Of a stretch of DNA of 58,954 bases, positions 10,187-16,706 are shown one piece after another. The position numbers and the translations under genes were made by a program. Where the stretch lies: contig DAOUMT010000079.1 in NCBI GenBank assembly GCA_034409195.1, positions 1 through 58,954 of the forward strand, written 5' to 3'. The stretch is from Dehalococcoidia bacterium. GTDB taxonomy: Bacteria > Chloroflexota > Dehalococcoidia > SZUA-161. The first letter of the stretch is position 1. Every line of letters begins with the position of its first letter. Under the pieces are notes generated by a model. The model saw only the letters and a program-made list of their open reading frames with translations. It was not told the origin of the DNA and did not search any database.

Positions 10187-10303
10187 ATGTCATTGCGAGT
10201 CCATCCGCCTTAGCGGAGGCGAAGCAATCTCATCGTCTATGCTTTACATCAGCGTTGAGATTGCCACGTTGTCCTGATGAATCGGAACTCCTCGCAATGA
10301 CAT
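10187..10303. repeat. 117-bp imperfect palindromic intergenic element with perfect 13-bp terminal inverted repeats
   Basis: atgtcattgcgag (10187-10199) is the exact reverse complement of ctcgcaatgacat (10291-10303). Each arm also ends internally in gcaatctca. It fills the gap between the small ORF stop (10308) and the acr3 start (10165). Confidence 0.7.
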
Positions 10304-10307
10304 ATCT

Positions 10308-10517
10308 CTAGAGTTTCTGCCTGAATCTACCCACGGGGTCTTCGCCGGTATCGAGGTGCGATTTCAGTTTGCCCTGTTGAGAGTGAACCACCTTATCATA
10401 TACCGACTTCTTCAAGAAAATCAGTGCCTCTTTTTCATCGCGGTCAACTATTATCTGTTCCAGCTCCAGCAGTTCCTCTTCCTCGAGGGCTATGGCTGTC
10501 TTTCTGATTTCAAGCAC
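10308..10517 (-). CDS. Small conserved hypothetical protein (69 aa), paralogue of 10585-10737
   Basis: ORF 10308-10562. Preferred start is the GTG at 10517 (VLEIRKTAIALEEEELLELEQIIVDRDEKEALIFLKKSVYDK), preceded by AAGGAGGA. It aligns residue-for-residue with the upstream 50-aa ORF. Confidence 0.5.
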   Translation of the reverse strand: MLEIRKTAIALEEEELLELEQIIVDRDEKEALIFLKKSVYDKVVHSQQGKLKSHLDTGEDPVGRFRQKL

Positions 10518-10584
10518 GGTTATCCTCCTTGCCCAAGTCGTTTTCCGCAGTTTGTACCGCAAACCGAGTCGTTAGCTGCCCTTT

Positions 10585-10737
10585 TCACCTTCCCTGCTGA
10601 ATACGAACTGTCTTGTCGTAGATTGACTTTTTCAGGAAAGCGAAGGCTTTCTTTTCATTGCGCTCAATCAAGATGTGTTCCAGTTCAGATAACTCGTCTT
10701 TTTCGAGAGTTACGGCTGTTTTTCTGATTTCGAGCAT
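10585..10737 (-). CDS. Small conserved hypothetical protein (50 aa), paralogue of 10308-10517
   Basis: Not in the ORF track because it is under 60 aa. ATG at 10735-10737 follows AAGGAGG. My hand translation is MLEIRKTAVTLEKDELSELEHILIERNEKKAFAFLKKSIYDKTVRIQQGR, with a TGA stop at 10585-10587. Confidence 0.5.
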   Translation of the reverse strand: MLEIRKTAVTLEKDELSELEHILIERNEKKAFAFLKKSIYDKTVRIQQGR

Positions 10738-10756
10738 TTCATGCCCTCCTTATACA

Positions 10757-11482
10757 TTAGCCTCCCCTGCTCAACAGAGCCTTATACACGGTCTTACCCC
10801 TAACTCTTGGAATCGCCTTTTGATTGAGCTTTTCCAGCGATGTTACAATCTTGTACAGGTCTTTGAAGGGGAATCCCAGAACGCACTCGCTCTCAGCCAG
10901 ATTGGTTGCCTCGCGGCAGCCATAGCAGCCCAGCGAGGCATTGAGCCTCTGGTAGACAAATGGAGTTATCGTGGCATCAACGCATGTCGCTTGCAGAATA
11001 GCGGTATCGAGCGGCAGCCTTCCTCCAGTCTCGAAAAGAAGTGCCAGAGCCACCCACATCAGGTGCTCGACATCGGCCTCCAAAACTACCACATCAGGCT
11101 CGAAAGGGGCTTCTCCCAGAGGGCAACAGGCTACCATCTTGTATTTGCCCATTTCCAGTCTGGTCATAGTGCTCAACGTGTTCCTGACAGCCTCCGGGCT
11201 GCCAAAGATGCCCATTTTAAACGGCATCTCTCCGGAAAAAAGCGCGGGCGGCGGCTCCTTAAAGCCGATTGCCCATGCCGCAGCGGGACAGGCGATATTA
11301 TCCGCGGTGAGAAGGTACTTCTTGCCCTCCCTGGCGCCCATCAACACCTGACAATATCGTCGTTCGCTGGGTAATTCGAAGCCCTCCAAATCAACCCTGT
11401 GTTCGAAGAACTTCACCGCCACAGGTTCATATGCTATATCCAGTATTTCCTTTATTTTTACTGCTAAACTCTGAATGTCCAT
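10757..11482 (-). CDS. DUF169 domain-containing protein
   Basis: 241-aa ORF. The N-terminus MDIQSLAVKIKEILDIAYEPVAVKFFEH and the later CPAAAW / GCYGCR motifs match my recollection of DUF169 (COG2043). Confidence 0.65.
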   Translation of the reverse strand: MDIQSLAVKIKEILDIAYEPVAVKFFEHRVDLEGFELPSERRYCQVLMGAREGKKYLLTADNIACPAAAWAIGFKEPPPALFSGEMPFKMGIFGSPEAVRNTLSTMTRLEMGKYKMVACCPLGEAPFEPDVVVLEADVEHLMWVALALLFETGGRLPLDTAILQATCVDATITPFVYQRLNASLGCYGCREATNLAESECVLGFPFKDLYKIVTSLEKLNQKAIPRVRGKTVYKALLSRGG

Positions 11483-11504
11483 TTTTCACCTTTTGGAGAT
11501 TTCT

Positions 11505-12308
11505 TCAGGTAATAAACACATTTGCCGCCATCCAGGCCGATGCTATGATAATAACGACAGCCAGCAGCATCCTGAGGCGCCGCACATCAGTCTTGAGCGA
11601 GATGCTGGGCCCGATACGCGCACCGACGAAGGCGGCGGCAGCCAGAGGCAGTGCTGACCAGGGGTCGAAGTGTCCGCTGACTACGTGGCCGAGGAAGCCA
11701 GCGACGGCTGCTATTCCGACATAGGTTGAGGAGATACCCACCCCGATGCGCATAGGGCATCCTGCCAGCAACACCAATAGGGGCAAGACGAACAGACCTC
11801 CACCGACTCCAATCATGCCGGCGATGAAGCCGGCTAGGGCCGTGCCTGGCAAAATCAGAAGCATCGAGATGCTGTACTTGTACTCGCCGCAACATCTGTT
11901 CGAGCATCCCCAGGCGGGAACGAACCTGGGCCGAGTCGCAGTATCTGACGCAGGCCGCAGCAGGAAGATCGCTGCAATAATAAGCACTGCGGCAAAGATG
12001 ATTTTCAACACGGTCACAGCTACAAACTGCGCGATATAGCCTCCGAGGAAAGAGGTTCCGAGAGCCAGTGGAGTGATAGCGAGCAGAAGCTTCCAGTCGA
12101 CTACCCTCTTTCGCGCATATATCAGAGTCGCGGAGAGACTGGCAACTATGATGATAAAAAGGCTGGTGGTGGAGGCAGTATGGAAGCTTACTCCCAGTGC
12201 CAGTAGGATGGGCACGTAGAGCGCCCCCCCTCCCTGGCCCACCATGGAGAAGACTATGGACACAGCTATCATGGCCGCGCAGCCGATGATTACAGCTGTC
12301 GCTGACAT
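11505..12308 (-). CDS. TauE/SafE (DUF81) family anion permease
   Basis: 267-aa, 7-8 TM ORF with Gly-rich motifs in both halves (VGQGGGALYVPILL and IGVGGGLFVLPLLVL), typical of TauE/SafE. Confidence 0.8.
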   Translation of the reverse strand: MSATAVIIGCAAMIAVSIVFSMVGQGGGALYVPILLALGVSFHTASTTSLFIIIVASLSATLIYARKRVVDWKLLLAITPLALGTSFLGGYIAQFVAVTVLKIIFAAVLIIAAIFLLRPASDTATRPRFVPAWGCSNRCCGEYKYSISMLLILPGTALAGFIAGMIGVGGGLFVLPLLVLLAGCPMRIGVGISSTYVGIAAVAGFLGHVVSGHFDPWSALPLAAAAFVGARIGPSISLKTDVRRLRMLLAVVIIIASAWMAANVFIT

Positions 12309-12360
12309 CTCGCACCTCCAGGGTTATATAGACCTGAATGCCATATCTCGGATGAAAAAC

Positions 12361-12954
12361 CTATGAGGAATATCCGGAGCACGGTATGCAGTGTGGTTCA
12401 CCACCGACCATCCGCACGTACCTCTCAAAAACGTACTCGCCGCACTTAACACACTTGGCCTTGTTGAAAGACCCCTTCACCCGGTTGAACTGATAGTCCG
12501 GAAGCTTTTCGACCTTGAAGACTTTATCATCATGCTGAGCTTCAGTCCACTCTATGGCTTCGTTGGTAACATTGGCCGGAACCTGCGATGGCTCGACCCC
12601 CTTCTTGCGATAGGCGAAGAACTCCACCTTGCCGAAATCATCCAGGAAGTCTGCTTTCAATGACAACCGCACTGCTCCCTTCTCCGGATGGTAGAAGACC
12701 GCCGCCAGCTTCCCCCAGAAGGTTTTCTCCATCAGCGATTTGCCGTAGGTAGCGCCAGTGGCTATCTGGATGCCGTCCATGAGGCAAGTCTGGGGATGTC
12801 CTACCCCCAGCTCAGGAATGACAAAGAATCCGTGGTCTTTCTCGTGCTCCACTCCAAGTTCCTGCATTGCCCTCTTTGCCAGACGGTAGCCGAGTGGCAT
12901 GAAAGGGCAACGGTGGCCGTGAAACTCCCATGCCCACTTTGGTACAGTATCCAT
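12361..12954 (-). CDS. FmdE/FwdE-domain protein with C-terminal zinc ribbon
   Basis: ORF 12361-12981. The ATG at 12954 lies 6 nt after AGGAGG. FHGHRCPFMPLGYRLAKRA is the FmdE signature. The C-terminal CVKCGE...HCIPC is a CxxC..CxxC ribbon. Confidence 0.7.
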   Translation of the reverse strand: MDTVPKWAWEFHGHRCPFMPLGYRLAKRAMQELGVEHEKDHGFFVIPELGVGHPQTCLMDGIQIATGATYGKSLMEKTFWGKLAAVFYHPEKGAVRLSLKADFLDDFGKVEFFAYRKKGVEPSQVPANVTNEAIEWTEAQHDDKVFKVEKLPDYQFNRVKGSFNKAKCVKCGEYVFERYVRMVGGEPHCIPCSGYSS

Positions 12955-13046
12955 TTCCGTCCTCCTTCTAATAATTGACATTCGTAGACTTGCAAAGTCC
13001 TTGCTTAGATGCGCAATAACGCATATTCATGGCAAAAAGAGAGAGG

Positions 13047-13406
13047 CTATTTAGCACATTTCCGTAGGCAGCCAGGGCCTACGCGCCTGGCTTTTTTGAG
13101 CCGCTCTCTATCCTGTGCCACCAGTTCATTGCCCTTAAGCCCTTTCCTCACAGCCTCGACCAGGTCGGCGTAATACGGCTTAAATCCTTCTCTGTCAATG
13201 GAATACAACGACCACAGGCCGTCCTTCCTCAGTTTGAGGAAACCGGCATCGTAAAGTGCGCTCAGGTTGCGGGAGGCCCTGGTCTGTGAGATGTCCAGCG
13301 CCTGCATAACCTCACAAACGCAGCACTCTCTCACCAGGAGCAGGTTTAATATCCTGAGCCTGGTCTCGTCAGACAGCGCTCTCATAGCTTTGACCAAATC
13401 CCTCAT
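13047..13406 (-). CDS. arsR: ArsR/SmtB-family metalloregulator with ECCVCE (As(III)-type CVC) motif
   Basis: 119-aa ORF. LSDETRLRILNLLLVRECCVCEVMQALDISQTRASRNLSAL is a canonical ArsR wHTH. The Cys pair sits at the position of the E. coli ArsR ELCVCDL motif. Confidence 0.85.
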   Translation of the reverse strand: MRDLVKAMRALSDETRLRILNLLLVRECCVCEVMQALDISQTRASRNLSALYDAGFLKLRKDGLWSLYSIDREGFKPYYADLVEAVRKGLKGNELVAQDRERLKKARRVGPGCLRKCAK

Positions 13407-13640
13407 TCCATCTCCCTATATGCGCATCTACGCTTATAATATAAGACATTTTATAGTTGCTGTCAAGCAGCGGGAAGTGGTTATCCTATACCTCAGGTGG
13501 TATGGTTCTTGCTCTGCCAGTTTATTTCTGGCCGTTGCTTCGGAGGACAATTTGAATCTTAAATAAAGGAAAGTAAACAGATAGCTTACTTGAACTCAGC
13601 AACACGCTCTTCAAGCATCCTGCACCGTTGGCCTGGAGGC

Positions 13641-13778
13641 TTACCTTTTCCGGGCGCATAGCTCCTTATATTTCTCGACGCATACAATTTTGTCACCGCA
13701 CTTGGGGCAAAACTTCCAGTCCGACCTTATTTCAGAGCCGCACTTCTTGCATTTTACTACTGCTGCTATTACTGGCAT
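13641..13778 (-). CDS. Possible 45-aa zinc-ribbon protein
   Basis: Not in the ORF track. My hand translation is MPVIAAVVKCKKCGSEIRSDWKFCPKCGDKIVCVEKYKELCARKR (CxxC-N11-CxxC), with a TAA at 13641-13643. It sits 10 nt after the stop of the upstream ArsR-family gene. Confidence 0.35.
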   Translation of the reverse strand: MPVIAAVVKCKKCGSEIRSDWKFCPKCGDKIVCVEKYKELCARKR

Positions 13779-13790
13779 CTGGGCTCTCCT

Positions 13791-14171
13791 TTAAGTTTTA
13801 TCTTCTTGCTTCGCCTTCAGGGGGCAATGTTTAGTGCAAAATTCTTCGTCTAGGCTTTGCTCTTCTATCGTTAAAGCTTGCAGAACCTCCTCGCGCCAGC
13901 GCTCCAGAGTATCGTGGTTAATAAAGTAGTGAATGTGGTAGCCGCGCCTCAGCCCTTTGACCAGTCCGGCAGATTTAAGCACCCGTATATGCTGGGAAAC
14001 GGCAGACTGGGTAACTCCCAGAAAACCTGCCAGCGCGTTCACACACAGTGCATCAGGGTCGCGCTGTTGACAGAGCAATCTCACCAGTCTCAGACGGGTA
14101 GGGTCGGCGAGTGCGCTGAAAACCGCAGCTTGCTCTTCAATATTGCCCTGTCTATTTTCTTTCATATTCAT
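13791..14171 (-). CDS. ArsR/SmtB-family transcriptional regulator
   Basis: 126-aa ORF. ALADPTRLRLVRLLCQQ...LAGFLGVTQSAVSQHIRVLKSAGLV is the ArsR wHTH. No SD precedes the ATG. Confidence 0.8.
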   Translation of the reverse strand: MNMKENRQGNIEEQAAVFSALADPTRLRLVRLLCQQRDPDALCVNALAGFLGVTQSAVSQHIRVLKSAGLVKGLRRGYHIHYFINHDTLERWREEVLQALTIEEQSLDEEFCTKHCPLKAKQEDKT

Positions 14172-14393
14172 CAGCTTATAAGCATATACTAATATATTTT
14201 AATTATCTGTTCAAGACCGCTTTTTGTCAAGTGCTCTTATCAGAAAATTAGGTAGAAATACGTATCTTCAACGGACAATAAGATACTAGCCCTGCTCGGA
14301 TAAGATATGCTACAAATAGAGCTGGTGGAATATAGGCGTTCTCTCTGGGTAGCCAGAGTGTGGTGGTACCTGAACAGAAAGGAGTCTGAAAAC

Positions 14394-15056
14394 ATGAAAA
14401 TCAACCTGAAAGACAAAGCCTATGAAGTGGACGAGTTGGGTTTCTTAACAAATCATGACCATTGGGACGAAAATTTCGCATCGGAAATGGCATCTAGATT
14501 GAAAATACCCGAAGGGCTCTCCAAGAGGCACTGGGATGTAATTTATTTCATTAGAAAATATTTTTTCAAAAACGGCGTATGCCCTAGAGTTTTTGAAACA
14601 TGCAAAGCAAATAGATTAGCCATCCGAGACTTAGAGAAGCTCTTTCCCAGCGGCTACCAGCGAGGTGCCTGCCTGCTGGCAGGAATAAGTTACAAAGACC
14701 GTCTGGTGAATTACTACGGGGAACCCGTTCCTATACGTGTTGCTGAAAAAGAAGTGGCTAAACCAAAAGGTAAAGTTTACAGAATAGACGTATATGGATT
14801 TTTGGTGGATCCCGGTGAATGGGACGAAGACTACGCTGTAAATAAAGCATTGGAGATGAAGATTCCGGGAGGATTAACCAAAAAACACTGGGAAATAATA
14901 CAATATCTTCGCGATAGCTGGCAAAAGAATAGCCTTGTACCGACCGTATACGAGTGCTGTAAATCAAACAATATCGAGTCAGAGGACCTGGGAAAGCTAT
15001 TTCCAGACGGCTATCAAAGGGGAGCGATAAAAATCGCAGGATTAAGAATAATATAA
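14394..15056 (+). CDS. Tandem (fused) DsrC/TusE-like protein with two domains, both lacking the C-terminal Cys arm
   Basis: ORF 14307-15056. The ATG at 14394 follows AAAGGAG. Residues 1-100 and 126-220 each align with the DsrC encoded at 25009-25329 (E/DxxGFL, HW.VI.F.R, LFP.GYQRGA..AG). Domain 1 keeps GAC; domain 2 has GAI. Neither has the PKPTGCV tail. Confidence 0.75.
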   Translation: MKINLKDKAYEVDELGFLTNHDHWDENFASEMASRLKIPEGLSKRHWDVIYFIRKYFFKNGVCPRVFETCKANRLAIRDLEKLFPSGYQRGACLLAGISYKDRLVNYYGEPVPIRVAEKEVAKPKGKVYRIDVYGFLVDPGEWDEDYAVNKALEMKIPGGLTKKHWEIIQYLRDSWQKNSLVPTVYECCKSNNIESEDLGKLFPDGYQRGAIKIAGLRII

Positions 15057-15058
15057 GC

Positions 15059-15178
15059 CCTGCTCATTATACTCAGGATGATTTACCTACATCCTGAACC
15101 GCTTTGAACTCATGCCTAGAATTATTAGATTTTTCTAGGCATTATTGCCTATGCCATAATAAGCCGATTAGCCGATGT
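15059..15178 (+). promoter_or_regulatory. Copy A of a ~120-nt conserved upstream element shared with the sat operon; contains a candidate promoter and palindromic operator
   Basis: About 96 of 121 columns are identical, by hand alignment, to the reverse complement of 38649-38769. Inside: -35-like TTGAAC (15104-15109), a 16-nt spacer and -10-like TAGATT (15126-15131). These are bracketed by the inverted repeat TGCCTAGAA (15113-15121) / TTCTAGGCA (15133-15141). Confidence 0.6.
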
Positions 15179-15242
15179 CTGCTACCTAGCCTTAGAGTAT
15201 CATTTTCCTTAGGTTGTCGAATCACTATGTTATTGTTAAACC

Positions 15243-15776
15243 ATGGCTCTGAAAACGCTTTTAACGCAGAATAAAAACTCCATTTTGCAAAGATGGTTCA
15301 ATCTGATAGCAGATACGTATCCCACAGGCGTCTCAGGCTTTCTCAAGGATAACGACAGATTCACCAATCCGGTAGGCCATACAATCTCCCAGGAAATAAA
15401 CTCTCTTTATGATGAACTACTGCAGGACCGGGTAGACTCCGATAAAGCCGCAGCATCTCTGGACAATATTATTAAAATCAGAGCAGTTCAAGACTTCTCC
15501 CCTCAGAAAGCTATCTCCTTTGTTTTCCTGTTGAAAAAAGCTATAACAGATGAACTGGGGAGCGAGCTAGAGAAAAAACAGTCTTTCGGGGAATGGCTGA
15601 AGTTTGAGCCCGGGATAGACAAACTGGCATCTATAGCGTTCGACAAATACATGGAAAGCCGCGAGAAAATCTGCGAACTCCGGGTAAATGAGGTGAGGGC
15701 TGACAGAGAGATAGCTTTCAGGCTGCTCAGGTTGATGGGAGGTAAAAACGGGAAGCACGGCGAGGCTGTGGAATGA
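15243..15776 (+). CDS. RsbRD_N-like (globin-type sensor N-terminal) domain protein, translationally coupled to dsrM
   Basis: 177-aa ORF. ILQRWFNLIADTYPTGVSGFLKDNDRFTNPVGHTISQEINSLYDELL matches my memory of the RsbRD N-terminal domain. ATGA overlap with dsrM. No SD precedes its ATG. Confidence 0.5.
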   Translation: MALKTLLTQNKNSILQRWFNLIADTYPTGVSGFLKDNDRFTNPVGHTISQEINSLYDELLQDRVDSDKAAASLDNIIKIRAVQDFSPQKAISFVFLLKKAITDELGSELEKKQSFGEWLKFEPGIDKLASIAFDKYMESREKICELRVNEVRADREIAFRLLRLMGGKNGKHGEAVE

Positions 15777-16705
15777 ATGCCGTGTATCTTGTTTTCGGAA
15801 TCATCATACCCTATGCGGCCCTCTTCATCTTCGTCGTAGGACTTGTCTATCGCGTCGTGAGATGGGCAAGCTCGCCTGTTCCCTTCCGCATACCTACAAC
15901 CTGCGGGCAGCAAAAATCTCTCCCCTGGATCAAGTCAAAAAAAATCGAAAACCCTTACAACACTGCCGGCGTCATCGGCAGGATGGCACTCGAAGTGCTC
16001 GTGTTCCGGTCGCTGTTGCGGAACACGAAAACCGAACTGAGACGAGGGATTCAGAAACTCGTCTACAAAGACAGCAAGTTACTCTGGCTGGGGGCATTCG
16101 TCTTCCACTGGAGTCTTCTTATCATTCTACTGAGGCATTTAAGACTGTTCGTCGAGCCTGTGCCCGCTTTTGTCATCTCCCTTCAGAGATTGGATGGCCT
16201 TTTTCAGATAATGTTACCCACTCTGTACGTAACCGATATCCTCATTGTATTGGCACTGGGTTACCTCTTACTGAGAAGGATGGCGGGTGCGCAACTACGC
16301 TATATCTCACTGTTCTCCGACTACTTCGCAGTCTTGCTGCTGTTGAGCATAGCTCTTTCCGGCATTTTTATGCGGTACATTTTCAGAGTAGACCTAGTGA
16401 GTGTAAAGGAACTGGCGCTGGGAGTCTTGAGCTTCCATCCCTCTATTCCTGCAGCCGGAATCGGCCTGGCCTTTTATGTCCATCTTTTCCTCGTCTGTAC
16501 TCTATTTGCCTACTTCCCATTCAGTAAAATGGTTCACATGGCAGGGATCTTCCTCAGCCCGACGAGAAACCTGGCGAACAACAGCCGCATGCGCAGGCAT
16601 ATTAACCCCTGGAACTACTCTGTCAAGGTTCACACATATCAAGAGTGGGAGGACGAGTTCAGAGAGCACATGAAAGACGCCGGGTTGCCTTTGGAAAAGG
16701 AATGA
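15773..16705 (+). CDS. dsrM: DsrM, NarI-like membrane dihaem cytochrome b of the DsrMKJOP complex
   Basis: 310-aa multi-TM ORF immediately upstream of dsrK. The RVVRWASSPVPFRIPTTCGQQKS motif and conserved His in the TM helices fit DsrM. Confidence 0.85.
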   Translation: MNAVYLVFGIIIPYAALFIFVVGLVYRVVRWASSPVPFRIPTTCGQQKSLPWIKSKKIENPYNTAGVIGRMALEVLVFRSLLRNTKTELRRGIQKLVYKDSKLLWLGAFVFHWSLLIILLRHLRLFVEPVPAFVISLQRLDGLFQIMLPTLYVTDILIVLALGYLLLRRMAGAQLRYISLFSDYFAVLLLLSIALSGIFMRYIFRVDLVSVKELALGVLSFHPSIPAAGIGLAFYVHLFLVCTLFAYFPFSKMVHMAGIFLSPTRNLANNSRMRRHINPWNYSVKVHTYQEWEDEFREHMKDAGLPLEKE

Positions 16706-16706
16706 G

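Noticed and set aside
11587-12315. 242-aa minus-strand ORF overlapping the TauE gene in another frame, and similar alternative-frame or antisense ORFs (e.g. 1977-2714, 15862-16527, 18387-19073, 29560-30420, 30949-31677, 35012-35452, 40820-41482, 47048-47581)
   Set aside because: Their translations are Arg/Ser/Pro/Cys-rich and low in complexity. They are fully embedded in genes with strong family signatures, as is typical of spurious frames in mid/high-GC coding DNA.
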